A DNA stretch of 64,000 nucleotides from an uncultured delta proteobacterium (GTDB lineage Bacteria > Desulfobacterota > Binatia > Binatales > Binataceae). Of this stretch, positions 38,242-48,296 are shown piece after piece. Position numbers and translations under genes: made by a program. Below the pieces are notes generated by a model. It saw only the letters and a program-made list of their open reading frames with translations, was not told where the DNA came from and ran no database searches. The stretch is taken from assembly GCA_963815835.1 (NCBI GenBank), contig CAWFIF010000006.1, positions 875,877-939,876 of the forward strand, read 5' to 3'. How positions within the stretch are numbered: position 1 is the first letter of the stretch; each line of letters begins with the position of its first letter.

Positions 38242-39762
38242 ATGCCGCTCGAGTCGCTGTTACCGCTAACACCGCTGCAATCGCTGCTTGGGTTCGACTA
38301 TCTGCCGCATCGTTATCACGGCGCGATCGAGCTGCTGTTCGCGTTCGTATGTTTCGCAGCCGCCATCGCGCTGCGCCGCCGCCGGCGAATCGTTACGTCA
38401 CCCACCTTCATGATGCTCGGATTGGGCGCGATGATCGATTTGATCGCCGGCTCGGTGGTCTCCAATCCCAAGTTCGCCGGCGCCTTTGGCGGCGCTGCCG
38501 TGTTGTTTTTCTTCTGGGGCGTGGTCCGTCTCCTGATGGACACCGTCGACTACACCACGCGCCGCGCTCGTCGCGACGTTTCAAACATCCTGCGCGATCT
38601 GATCAGTTTGAGTCTCTATGCCGCGGTACTGGTTGGTGTGCTGGCGGCGGACTTCCAGGTCAACGTCTACTCGCTAGTCGCCTCGGTCGGCGTACTCGGT
38701 GTGGTGATCGGCTTTGCGGTCCAGCAAACTCTGGGCGACATCTTCAGCGGCCTCGCGCTGCAGCTTCAGCGCCCCTTCGATCATGGTGACTGGGTTCGCA
38801 GCGGGCAGTTCTTTGGCCGGGTGCAAGGCGTCGGCGTCCGTTCGACGACCGTCATTACTCGCAACAACGAGCGCCTCGAGATTCCCAACTCAGCGATCGC
38901 CAAGGAAGTGCTGACCAACTATGGGAGTCCTCCGGTATGTGACGAAATCTCTATCGGAATTAGCTATGACGAGCCGCCCAACCGCGTGCGCGAAGTGATT
39001 CTCAAGGTGCTGACCGATGTGCAGCACGTGCTGATGGATCCGTCGCCCGAGGTGCTGGCGTGGGAGTACGGCGATTCGGCGATCAAGTATCGAATCAAGT
39101 ACTGGATTTCCGATTACACTTTGCAGGAACAGATACGCAATTCGCTGGTCACCAGCCTCTGGTATGCGCTACGCCGCAACGCGATGGACATTCCGTTCCC
39201 GATCCAGACCATCGACGTGCGCAGTCCCAGGATTTCAGGGCGATCGCAGGAACAGTTCGAAAACGAAATCATCCGCGAACTGCGCCAGATCGATTTTCTT
39301 CGCAACATGTCCGAGCAGGAAGTCCGCCTGCTGGTGCCCAACGTGCAAGTGCATGAATTCGGCGCCGGCGAGACGCTTTTCACGCAGGGCGATACCGGCG
39401 ACACGATGTACATCATCAGGCGCGGCAAGGTTGAAATTCTCGGGCGCACGGAAAACGGCGCGACCCGGCACATCGCGGTGCTGGGCCGCCCGCAGATTAT
39501 CGGCGAGGCCGGAATGATGAGCGGCGAGCCGCGCAACGCCACCTGCAGGGCGCAAACCGACGTTGAGGTGCTGGAGCTAAATCGTGAGTCCTTCTCCGAT
39601 CTGTTCAAACAGCATCCCGAGGCGATCGAGCAGATCAGCGAGGTCATCGCGAATCGAGCCTCGGAGAGAAAGGAACTCCTCAAAGACCCCGGTCAAAACG
39701 GCGTCACCGCGCGGCGCAACTGGTGGATCGCCAAGGTCCGCGAAATTTTTGATCTTGGTTGA
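38242..39762 (+). CDS. MscS mechanosensitive channel with C-terminal cyclic-nucleotide-binding domain
   Basis: GFAVQQTLGDIFSGL, PF..GDWV, IPNS, IPFP; cNMP motifs GE..F.QGD.G, GEAGMMSGEPRNAT. Confidence 0.9.
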   Translation: MPLESLLPLTPLQSLLGFDYLPHRYHGAIELLFAFVCFAAAIALRRRRRIVTSPTFMMLGLGAMIDLIAGSVVSNPKFAGAFGGAAVLFFFWGVVRLLMDTVDYTTRRARRDVSNILRDLISLSLYAAVLVGVLAADFQVNVYSLVASVGVLGVVIGFAVQQTLGDIFSGLALQLQRPFDHGDWVRSGQFFGRVQGVGVRSTTVITRNNERLEIPNSAIAKEVLTNYGSPPVCDEISIGISYDEPPNRVREVILKVLTDVQHVLMDPSPEVLAWEYGDSAIKYRIKYWISDYTLQEQIRNSLVTSLWYALRRNAMDIPFPIQTIDVRSPRISGRSQEQFENEIIRELRQIDFLRNMSEQEVRLLVPNVQVHEFGAGETLFTQGDTGDTMYIIRRGKVEILGRTENGATRHIAVLGRPQIIGEAGMMSGEPRNATCRAQTDVEVLELNRESFSDLFKQHPEAIEQISEVIANRASERKELLKDPGQNGVTARRNWWIAKVREIFDLG

Positions 39763-39815
39763 CAGCTTCGTTCCCAGTGCCGCGGCCGATAGCTTGCGCT
39801 CCGCGCCGAGTGGGG

Positions 39816-41060
39816 TCACGCCACCTTCACCAGCGCCCCCTCCAGTTCGCGCAGATCGCGTGCGGGCGCCAGCGCTGAAACCTCACGCGCATACTGAAAA
39901 ATCGCGCTGTCTCCCGTGCCCCATCGCTCGCGCTCTTCGGGAATCAGCCAGATAACGGCGCGGCACAGTCGCGCCATCTCGCGCAGCAGGTCGGCGCGCG
40001 CGGGACGCCGATTGTTGCGGCCGTCACCCATAATCACCAGCACCGTTGCGCGATTGAACAGTTCGCCGCGCCGCTCCCATAGCTCGCCGAGCACTCGCCC
40101 GAAATCGGAACGCGCATAGAGATCCAGCGGCGGCGTCATGATGAGATGATTCTGCTCGAACTCGGCTTCCGCGATGCGATCGATGAAAACGAAACTTCGC
40201 ACGCGGCGAAAACAGTTCGCCGCGCCGGCAATCAGCTCGAGCATCAGCGTCGAGGAGTAGCGCACCGAGCCCGAGATATCGGCGAGGATCACGAGGTCGA
40301 TGTGACGCGGGCGGCGCACGCGGAAGCGCAGATCGGACAGCGCTCCCCCGCGCTGAATCGAGGCGCGGATGGTGCGCCGGAAGTCGAGACGGCCTCTTTT
40401 CGCCATCCGCAGGCGCCGGCCGAGCCGCACGCGAAAGCGTCGCGCGATCGGCGCGAGCGCATCGCGCGCCTCGTCGAATTCCAGATCGGAATACCGCTCG
40501 AACGGTGTGCGCTCGATTTTCCGCCGTCGCGCATCGTGCCCGCTGGCAAGCGCAGCCTCCTGTTCCTCGCCAGCCTCGGCTGATTCCTCGGTGGCAGCCT
40601 CGGCGCGATTTTCTTCTCCTTCGGAGTCTTCGCGCTCCACTTCTCCGCGATGCTCCTCCGACTCGTGCTCGGATTCAGTTTCCGACTCCTCGCGCGATTC
40701 GCTTTTCTCGCTGACGGCCGATGGCGACGGTTTCTTGTCCTTGCGAACTGAGCGAACGGATTCGCTCTCGACGCGGCCCGATCCCGGCGCGATGGACGAC
40801 TCGGCTCCCGGTTTTCGCCATCCGTCGTCGGTCGGATTGCGTGCGCTTCCGAAAAACATCGCGAACAGATCATCGAAAATGTGGCGGTCGTCTTCGTCCT
40901 TGATAAGGCTGGCGGCGAGCGCCTCGCGCATCGGCGCCCGCTCGAGTCCCGCCGCCGCGATCGCATTCATCGCGTCGAGGGTTTCCGCGATCGATACGCG
41001 AACCCCCGCACCGCGAAGCTGGGTCACGAAGCGCAACAACTCGTCGCGAAGCGTGGTCAT
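39816..41060 (-). CDS. CoxE-like vWA domain protein
   Basis: LRGAGVRVS, GRLDFRRTIR, DISGS, GDGRNN. Confidence 0.85.
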   Translation of the reverse strand: MTTLRDELLRFVTQLRGAGVRVSIAETLDAMNAIAAAGLERAPMREALAASLIKDEDDRHIFDDLFAMFFGSARNPTDDGWRKPGAESSIAPGSGRVESESVRSVRKDKKPSPSAVSEKSESREESETESEHESEEHRGEVEREDSEGEENRAEAATEESAEAGEEQEAALASGHDARRRKIERTPFERYSDLEFDEARDALAPIARRFRVRLGRRLRMAKRGRLDFRRTIRASIQRGGALSDLRFRVRRPRHIDLVILADISGSVRYSSTLMLELIAGAANCFRRVRSFVFIDRIAEAEFEQNHLIMTPPLDLYARSDFGRVLGELWERRGELFNRATVLVIMGDGRNNRRPARADLLREMARLCRAVIWLIPEERERWGTGDSAIFQYAREVSALAPARDLRELEGALVKVA

Positions 41061-41072
41061 CGCGAACCGATG

Positions 41073-41948
41073 CTATCTTCCGCTGCGGCCGGAAAGCGCG
41101 CCGGCTTTGCTTTCAACTTTCGCGCGATCGTCTTCATGCTTGAGCAGCAGGCCAAGCGTCGATTTGATCGCATCGCTGCTCAGCTCCTTGATGCCCAGGC
41201 GCTGCAGCGCACGCGCCCAATCGAGGGTCTCCGCTATCGAAGGAGGCTTCTTGAGGCCCTGCTTACGCACCGCGCCCACGAATCGCGCCGCCTCCGCCGC
41301 GAGGCGCTCGCCGAGTCCCGGAACTTTCAGTTGCACGATGCGCCGCTCCTGTTCCGCGCCGGGAAAATCGATGAACAGATGCAAGCATCTCCGCCGCAGC
41401 GCCTCCGACAACTCCCGCACCCGATTGGACGTGAGCACGACAACCGGAATTTCGGCCGCGCGCAGCGTTCCCAACTCCGGCACCGTGACCTGGAAGTCCG
41501 AGAGCAGCTCGAGCAGGAAGGCTTCGAACTCCTCGTCGGCCTTGTCGATTTCATCGATTAGCAGCACCACTTTGCGCGCCGCCGAGATCGCTTTCAGCAG
41601 TGGCCGTTCGAGCAGATACTCGCGCGAGAACAGATGCTCCGAGATATCCTCCCATCGCATCCCCTGATGCTCGTCGGCCTGCAATCGCAGCAACTGCTTC
41701 TGATAATTCCATTCGTAAAGCGCGCGCGCCTCGTCGAGGCCCTCGTAGCACTGGAGGCGAATCAACTCGGTCCCGAGCATCTCCGCGATCACCTTCGCGA
41801 CCTCGGTCTTGCCGGAGCCGGCGGGCCCTTCGATGAGCAGCGGCTTCTCCAGCGCGAGCGCGAGGAAAATCGCGGTCTCGACGCGCTCGTTAGTGATGTA
41901 GTTCGCGCCGCGCAAGCCCGCGCGCACAGCTTCCTGCGAAATATCCAC
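41073..41948 (-). CDS. MoxR-family AAA+ ATPase (CoxD-like)
   Basis: EGPAGSGKT, RLQCYEGLD, LIDEIDK, TSN, ALRRRC. Confidence 0.92.
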   Translation of the reverse strand: MDISQEAVRAGLRGANYITNERVETAIFLALALEKPLLIEGPAGSGKTEVAKVIAEMLGTELIRLQCYEGLDEARALYEWNYQKQLLRLQADEHQGMRWEDISEHLFSREYLLERPLLKAISAARKVVLLIDEIDKADEEFEAFLLELLSDFQVTVPELGTLRAAEIPVVVLTSNRVRELSEALRRRCLHLFIDFPGAEQERRIVQLKVPGLGERLAAEAARFVGAVRKQGLKKPPSIAETLDWARALQRLGIKELSSDAIKSTLGLLLKHEDDRAKVESKAGALSGRSGR

Positions 41949-41981
41949 TGCGATTGAGCATCGCGGGCGCATCGAGCCAAG

Positions 41982-42565
41982 TCAACGCGGGTCAGGTTTT
42001 CCGCGGAGTCGTCGGAGGCGTAGGAAATCGCGAGCGTAGCGGCGCGCTTTGTACGCACCGCGTATCACGTACCCCGGATGATACATAGGGTAGAGTATTG
42101 CGCCGTTGCGTTGGAGAACATTCGGGCGCGTCGGCTCGAATGGCGCATCGCGTCCGGCCAGCCGACGCCACGCCATCGCGCCGAGACATACAATGATGCG
42201 CGGCCGCACGATCGCGATTTCAGCATCGAGATGTCTTCGGCAGTTCTCGATCTCCGACGCTACAGGATCGCGGTTGCAACCTCGCTCATCGCGCGGATTG
42301 CATCGCACGAGGTTGGTGATGAACGCATCCTCGATGCCGGCGCGCGCAATCATCGTGCGCAACAGGATGCCCGAGCGATCGCCGGAAAATGGAATTCCCG
42401 TCAGGTCACCGCCGAAGCGTCCGGGCGCGATGCCGACGAACATCACGCTGGCAGGAACCGCGCCGTCGCCGGGCACCACTCTCGCGAGCGACACTTCACC
42501 AGCGCCGCGCAGTCGCAACACTCGCGCATCGAGGCCTGCAGCATCGCCAGCGCGGTTGCCATCAT
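41982..42565 (-). pseudogene. uracil-DNA glycosylase family 4/5, frameshift near 42482
   Basis: FVGIAPG, GIPFSG, ITNLVRCNP, NRDP, YHP. The N-terminal ECCDC..L (Fe-S ligands) is in a different frame. Confidence 0.75.
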
Positions 42566-42572
42566 CCATCTC

Positions 42573-42959
42573 TCAGATGCGTTTGATTTTGGGAGCACGC
42601 CGCCGTTCGAGGAACAGCCGCGCACGATGCTTCATGCCCTCGCCCTCATCTTTGGGCATCGCGCGCAGCTCCTCGGTATAGACGTGCAACTCCGTCAGCA
42701 GCAAATCAATGTCGACGCCGTCGCGACTCGGCTTCAATTGATCGAGGGTGAGCATCGCCTGTGAGAACAGATTGATCGCGGCCTGGCGGCCGCCGCGTTC
42801 GAATCGAAGATGAAGTCCGGCCGCGATGCGATTGAGCGCGACGACGAATGTTTTGCCCGCGTCATCCGCCTCGGCGGCAGCGTGCTCGAAAAGTTCCGCG
42901 GCCGTGAAGTACTCGCCGCGATTAAACTCCTCGATCGCCGCTTCCAGATGAGAGTTCAC
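42573..42959 (-). CDS. DUF309-like protein
   Basis: FNRGEYFTAAELFE, IAAGLHL. Confidence 0.6.
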   Translation of the reverse strand: MNSHLEAAIEEFNRGEYFTAAELFEHAAAEADDAGKTFVVALNRIAAGLHLRFERGGRQAAINLFSQAMLTLDQLKPSRDGVDIDLLLTELHVYTEELRAMPKDEGEGMKHRARLFLERRRAPKIKRI

Positions 42960-43804
42960 GTCTTCTGCGGATGCGAATCCAGAGTTTCTACTTCTTCGAC
43001 GACGCGGAACTCAGTCTCGGTGAGCGGCTTCGATTTGCGCGAGCCGTATTTTTCGTACATCTCGAAGATCGCCGACTTATGCGGGCGCACCTTGCCGAGC
43101 GGACACTTGGCCCATTCGTCGAGCGACTCGTCGCAGTAGCCCATCCGATTCTCGCCACATTTGGGCTGCAGGAAAACCGCGATCTCCGGCAGCACACGTT
43201 TGATCTCGGCGCGCATCAGCGCGACCATCCGGCGAATTTCCCATTGCGCGCGCACGCATAGCCGCAGGTCGCAGATGTGCAGCATCTCGGCGAAATTCAC
43301 CATCACGTGGAAATTGGTCGGCGCCGCGTTGGGCAACACGAAGCGCGCATCCTCAGCCGGAATGCCCGCCTTCAACGCGCGTGCATACAATTCGGAGGTC
43401 TTGTCGAGCAGGCCCTCGAACTCCGCGCGCATCCCCGCGCGCTCCCATGACTCGGGCATCACGAACGCGAGCTTGTCCTGCTTGAATTTCACGTAGCGCT
43501 GGCTCTGTTGCTCGAAGCTGATACCGATGCGATGGCGCACGAACTGATGCGACAGCGAGCGCGAAACGTTGGCGATCGCGAACCAGAACACCACCTGCTC
43601 GAGCGGCGAGGCGTGGCCGGTCTTGAGCCGCTCGCCGATGAACTCGCGGATTTTGTCGCGGCTGATTTTTTCAGCCTCGATCTTTTCCCAGATCTCGATC
43701 GGGGTTTCCGAGGAATAGCAGGTGCGAAACGCCGCGTAGAGTTTCTCCAGCGGCGACTTCGCGAAGTCGATCAGCTTGACCTGAACTTTCGCTTCGTTAC
43801 TCAT
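42956..43804 (-). CDS. thyX: FAD-dependent thymidylate synthase
   Basis: GHASPLE, SRSLSHQFVRHRIGISFEQQSQRY, EDARFVLP, LRL..RAQWEIR. Confidence 0.95.
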   Translation of the reverse strand: MSNEAKVQVKLIDFAKSPLEKLYAAFRTCYSSETPIEIWEKIEAEKISRDKIREFIGERLKTGHASPLEQVVFWFAIANVSRSLSHQFVRHRIGISFEQQSQRYVKFKQDKLAFVMPESWERAGMRAEFEGLLDKTSELYARALKAGIPAEDARFVLPNAAPTNFHVMVNFAEMLHICDLRLCVRAQWEIRRMVALMRAEIKRVLPEIAVFLQPKCGENRMGYCDESLDEWAKCPLGKVRPHKSAIFEMYEKYGSRKSKPLTETEFRVVEEVETLDSHPQKT

Positions 43805-43931
43805 GTCACCCCTCCACAACTACTCCCCGAGAGGAAAATATTATGTCACGAATGCGCCACACGCACGCCGGGCCGATTTGGTTTTCGAACAGCTGTGGAT
43901 TCATAAATCGCGCACGCCTACATTGCGCACA

Positions 43932-45005
43932 ATGTCCCTGATTCCAGGTCCGCTCTATCGAGGCTTGCTCAGGCCGATCCTGTTTAGCCTCGACGCCGAG
44001 ACCGCGCATCATCTGACGCTCTCGATGCTCTCGATGATGCCGCCGCTTCCGGTCGCCGACGACCCGCCGGAGTTGCGATGCGCGCTGTGGGGGTTGGAGT
44101 TTTCCAATCCCATCGGGCTCGCCGCCGGCATGGACAAGGATGCGATCGCGATCGGCGCGTGGCAGTCGCTCGGCTTCGGCTTCGCGGAATTGGGAACCAT
44201 CACGCCGCGGCCGCAGCCCGGCAATCCCAAGCCGCGTGTGTTCCGACTTCCCGAGCATCGCGCGCTGATTAATCGGCTGGGATTTCCCAGCGAGGGGATG
44301 GAGGCCGTTGCGCCGCGCATCGAGAAGGTTCGCCGAAGTGGCACGCGGATTCGCATCGCGCTCAACTTCGGCCCGAACAAGGACACTCCGGTCGAGAGGG
44401 TCGCCGCCGATTATGCCGGGCTGATGACGCGCCTGGCGCCGCTCGCCGATTTCATCGTCATCAACGTCAGCTCGCCGAACACGCCGGGGCTGCGCAATTG
44501 GCAATCGCCCGACAGGATGCGCGAGTTGTTCGCCGCGATGGAGCAAGTGTTAACCGGCGCGCGCCGTCCGCCGATTGTGCTAAAGGTTGCGCCGGATCTC
44601 GACGACGCCACGCTCGACGCTATATGCGATACCGCGATGGCGCTGCACCTCGACGGGATGGTGGTTTGCAACACCACTTTGAAGCGCGGCGAGGTCGGAG
44701 TGACCGCCGCGCAGGAGGGTGGGCTGAGCGGGCATCCGCTGCGTGAGCTCGCGCGCGATCGCATCGCGAGTGTGTATCGGCGCACGCAGGGCAAGCTTCC
44801 GATCATCGGCGTCGGCGGCATCATGAATGCTGACGATGCGCTCGGCCACATCAAGGCCGGCGCGAGTCTCGTCGAGGTTTATACCGGGCTGATTTATGAA
44901 GGTCCCGGGCTCATTGCGTCGATGAAAAAGGAGCTGGTGAACTTGCTCAGGCGCGAGGGATTTCGCTCTATTAGCGATGCGGTCGGAAGCGCCGCGAAGG
45001 TCTAG
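43932..45005 (+). CDS. pyrD: quinone-dependent dihydroorotate dehydrogenase
   Basis: NPIGLAAGMDK, QPGNPKPRVFRL, INRLGF, NVSSPNTPGLR, KVAPD, GGLSG. Confidence 0.95.
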   Translation: MSLIPGPLYRGLLRPILFSLDAETAHHLTLSMLSMMPPLPVADDPPELRCALWGLEFSNPIGLAAGMDKDAIAIGAWQSLGFGFAELGTITPRPQPGNPKPRVFRLPEHRALINRLGFPSEGMEAVAPRIEKVRRSGTRIRIALNFGPNKDTPVERVAADYAGLMTRLAPLADFIVINVSSPNTPGLRNWQSPDRMRELFAAMEQVLTGARRPPIVLKVAPDLDDATLDAICDTAMALHLDGMVVCNTTLKRGEVGVTAAQEGGLSGHPLRELARDRIASVYRRTQGKLPIIGVGGIMNADDALGHIKAGASLVEVYTGLIYEGPGLIASMKKELVNLLRREGFRSISDAVGSAAKV

Positions 45006-45009
45006 AACA

Positions 45010-45828
45010 ATGGCATCCAAAGCGGATTTCCTCGTCGACGCGCGATGGTTCAATGAACATCGAAACGACGCCAACCTGGTCATCGTCGACACCCGCGCGG
45101 CGAAAGATTTCTGGGCGGGCCACCTCGCGCTCGCGCGTCATTTCGATCCGTTCCCATTCCATTACAGCGACAGCAGCGAGCGCGGCATTAACGAGTTCAA
45201 GGCACAACTCGCGTGGATTTTTTCGGCGCTCGGAATCACAACGCGTCGCGTCGTAGTGCTCTACGAGAACGATTCAGGGATGCGCGCGACGCGGGTGGCG
45301 TGGGCGCTCGAATGGATGGGCCATCGCAATGCGAAAATCCTCGACGGCGGACTGAAAGCGCTCGTATCCGAGAAACTCGTCACCGAGGTGACGCCGTTCG
45401 CGCCCGTCGAGTACGACGGTACTCCTATAGATGATGCGTCGGCGTCGCTCGACTACATCGTGAATCGGATCGCGAACCGCGCCGTGCAGATCTTCGATGT
45501 GCGCAGCGACGCGGAGTACTACAGCGAGCGCGTGCGCGCGAAGCATGGCGGCGCGATTCCCGGCGCCATCCACCTCGATTGGGCCGCGAGCCAGGATGAA
45601 GTCGGCGCGTTCAAATCGCCGGATGAGTTGCGCGCGCAATTCGAAAAGCTGGGGCTTAGCCGCGACGCTGAAGTGATTCCCTACTGCCAGGGCGGCTATC
45701 GCGCCGCGCACGCGTACTACGCGCTCAAGCTCGCCGGCTATCCGAAGGGGCGCAATTATTGGGGATCCTGGGGCGAATGGGGCAATCGCGACGACGTACC
45801 GATCGAGCATCATCGCCGCAAAAAGTAG
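45010..45828 (+). CDS. tandem rhodanese sulfurtransferase
   Basis: LDGG, DVRS, GAIPGA, YCQGGYRA, YWGSWGEW. Confidence 0.92.
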   Translation: MASKADFLVDARWFNEHRNDANLVIVDTRAAKDFWAGHLALARHFDPFPFHYSDSSERGINEFKAQLAWIFSALGITTRRVVVLYENDSGMRATRVAWALEWMGHRNAKILDGGLKALVSEKLVTEVTPFAPVEYDGTPIDDASASLDYIVNRIANRAVQIFDVRSDAEYYSERVRAKHGGAIPGAIHLDWAASQDEVGAFKSPDELRAQFEKLGLSRDAEVIPYCQGGYRAAHAYYALKLAGYPKGRNYWGSWGEWGNRDDVPIEHHRRKK

Positions 45829-45838
45829 CGACCAGCAC

Positions 45839-46480
45839 ATGCCGCCAATCATCGTCGTGACAGGATTCGCGCCGTTCGGCGGCGAGCGCATCAACCCGTC
45901 ATGGGAGGTCGCGCGCGATCTCGACGGTGACATCATCGGCGGCCTGCAAGTCAAATCGGTGCGATTGCCGGTGAACTGCCTCGCGGCGGCGCGGCGCGTC
46001 GCGGCCGCATTCGTGCGCTACCGACCTCGTGCGATTCTCGGACTCGGCCAGGCGCGAGGACGACCGGCATTGTCGCTGGAACGAATCGCAATCAATCTTT
46101 ATGAACAACGCAAAGCGGGCCAGCTCAACGCCAGGAACGATGGGCATCCGGTGATTCCCAACGGCCCGGATGCCTACTTCTCGCGGCTGCCGATGGGCGC
46201 GATTCTGAAGGCGCTCGAGCGGCGCAAGATTCCCGCGTCGATCTCGCTGAGCGCCGGCGCATACGGATGTAACGCCGCGATGTACGCGGCGCTGCACGCG
46301 ACACGACGACGCCCGAACTTCCCGGCCGGCTTCATCCATCTGCCCTTCGATGCGGCTCAATCGGCGCGCGATCCTGCGGTGCCGAGTATGCCGGTCGCGC
46401 TGATGGAGGATGCGATCCGCGCGGCGATCGGCGTCATGGCGAGGGAAGTGCTGCCGCGGCAGATGCGGAAAGAATCGTAG
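45839..46480 (+). CDS. pcp: pyroglutamyl-peptidase I
   Basis: TGFAPFGG..NPS, ERIAIN, GPDAYFS.LP, SAGAYGCN, GFIHLP. Confidence 0.92.
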   Translation: MPPIIVVTGFAPFGGERINPSWEVARDLDGDIIGGLQVKSVRLPVNCLAAARRVAAAFVRYRPRAILGLGQARGRPALSLERIAINLYEQRKAGQLNARNDGHPVIPNGPDAYFSRLPMGAILKALERRKIPASISLSAGAYGCNAAMYAALHATRRRPNFPAGFIHLPFDAAQSARDPAVPSMPVALMEDAIRAAIGVMAREVLPRQMRKES

Positions 46481-46537
46481 AGGCGTCCGGTCCGCTACTT
46501 CATTGCGAGGAGTCCCGATTGGGACTACCGTTGAGAA

Positions 46538-46834
46538 GTGAAGCGAGGGATCGTTCTCTCCGAAGACGCGCTCCGACAATTTCGGCGACTTCGTGCAAGA
46601 GATCGCTCGCGTCTACGCGATGCAATGACCGCGATGCTCTCTGTAGATGACGCGGCGGTTCAGATGCGCAACAGATTTCGCTTACGCAGGGCATCGGATT
46701 TTGCAGACTTCGAACTACGGGTGGAAAACCTGCGCGTCTACTATCGAATCGCGGGAGACCAGGTGCGCGTGGTTCTCATCGGAAGAAAGCAAGGCAACCG
46801 GCTGGTCATAGACGGCAAAGGGTTTACGTTGTGA
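46538..46834 (+). CDS. RelE/ParE-family type II toxin
   Basis: Basic 98 aa ORF, ELRVENLRVYYRI..V.V..IGRK. Confidence 0.75.
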   Translation: MKRGIVLSEDALRQFRRLRARDRSRLRDAMTAMLSVDDAAVQMRNRFRLRRASDFADFELRVENLRVYYRIAGDQVRVVLIGRKQGNRLVIDGKGFTL

Positions 46835-47073
46835 AAATTCAGAACATCAAAGAGGTTAAGGCGCGCTTCAATCGCATCGTCAGCAACCTTCCGCGTGAGG
46901 GGTCAACGATCATCACCAGAAACGGCAGGCCGTGCGCGGTGCTGATGCCGATTACCAAGGACACCGATCTCGAGGTCGTCGCACTTTCGCAAAACAAGCG
47001 CTTCTGGCGGTTGTATGACGCGGCGATTGCGCAGGCGAACAAGAAAGGCTGGATCCCGCTCGACGAGGCTTGA
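46831..47073 (+). CDS. Phd/YefM-family antitoxin
   Basis: EVKARF, IITRNGRPCAVL; 4-nt overlap with the toxin. Confidence 0.85.
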   Translation: MKIQNIKEVKARFNRIVSNLPREGSTIITRNGRPCAVLMPITKDTDLEVVALSQNKRFWRLYDAAIAQANKKGWIPLDEA

Positions 47074-47214
47074 ACACGTAGGAAGTGACACTCCGCGGCC
47101 GGCGGCGCAGCGCCGCCGGCCCTCACCCGCTGCGCAAACACGCGAAGCGTGTCGCGCAGCGATCTCTCCCAGTTTGCGACTACTGACCAGGTCAGCAGTC
47201 GCGGGAGAGGAGAG

Positions 47215-48192
47215 TCATTTGATCGCCACCGCGTTCGGGGGCGACGCGATGCCGCCTTCGAGGTTCATCGGCACCGACACCAGCATGAATTCGTAGCGCT
47301 TGTCGGCCGCGCAATCGGCCGCAAGCGGATCGAGGATGAACTGCTCGCCCAGCGGCAGCCCCAGCATCGAGAGCGTGCGATAGTGAATCGCGCCCTCGTC
47401 CTTGAAGCTCCACGGCCATGGCTCGACGGCGGGGCAATCGGTGCCGATCGCCGCGACGCGATTGTCCCATAGCCACCCGACCATCTCGCGTGACGGATCG
47501 ATGCCGCAGGCCTTGAGCGCCTCCAGCGGCGCCATCGCGGTCTTCTCGGCCGGCGTTGCCTTCTCGTACGCCTGCATCCATCCTGTCCGCACCAGCAGGA
47601 TCGATCCCGGCTTGAGCTGCCCGGCCTGCGCCTTCAGCGCGTCCTGCAAATCCTTGAGGCTGTATTTTTCGTCGGTGAGCGGATTGAGCGGACGGCCGGC
47701 CTCATTGCGATACTTGAACGCGTCGATCAGCACGCCGCGCCCGACCACCTTGTTGGCCCATTTGTGGATGCTGAGTTTGCCGCCCGGACCATCCTTGATC
47801 TGATCGTCCTTGACCCCGTTGTAATAGGCCTGATGCTTGATGTGGCCGACGTGGCCGAGGCCGTCCCACTGGCTGCCTTCCTGGGTGTTGTAGTTGTCGA
47901 TCGAATCGTCGTGGCCGAGCAGCCCGTAGCTCGCGAAACTCAAAATGGTGTGCTTCGCGGGATTGCGATTGAACAGCGGCGGCGTCGCGTAGTTGATTTT
48001 GGTATCGAGGCGGAACACCTTGCCGTGGCGCACCAGCCCGGCAGCTTCGACAATAGCTTCGGGGGTGAGGAAGTTGAGGCATCCGAATTCGTCGTCATCG
48101 CCGAAAACACCCCACGAGGAATCTTCCGGCGCGCCTTTTTTCACCGGAAGCTCCGCGAAGCGGGGAATCTTGTTGAAATCCATTTTCGCCAT
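47215..48192 (-). CDS. cyclase family (kynurenine formamidase-like) protein
   Basis: WG.FG.DDE.G.LN, QWDGLGH, GRGVLID, LVRTGW, SPPNAVAI. Confidence 0.88.
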   Translation of the reverse strand: MAKMDFNKIPRFAELPVKKGAPEDSSWGVFGDDDEFGCLNFLTPEAIVEAAGLVRHGKVFRLDTKINYATPPLFNRNPAKHTILSFASYGLLGHDDSIDNYNTQEGSQWDGLGHVGHIKHQAYYNGVKDDQIKDGPGGKLSIHKWANKVVGRGVLIDAFKYRNEAGRPLNPLTDEKYSLKDLQDALKAQAGQLKPGSILLVRTGWMQAYEKATPAEKTAMAPLEALKACGIDPSREMVGWLWDNRVAAIGTDCPAVEPWPWSFKDEGAIHYRTLSMLGLPLGEQFILDPLAADCAADKRYEFMLVSVPMNLEGGIASPPNAVAIK

Positions 48193-48296
48193 TGGCCGAT
48201 CCTCCAAGCGCATCAGATACGAACCGTCTCGCTCCGATAGCGCGGAATGTCAAGCGCCGGCGATATCCAGTAAGGTGATGCGATCGGGATTTTGAA

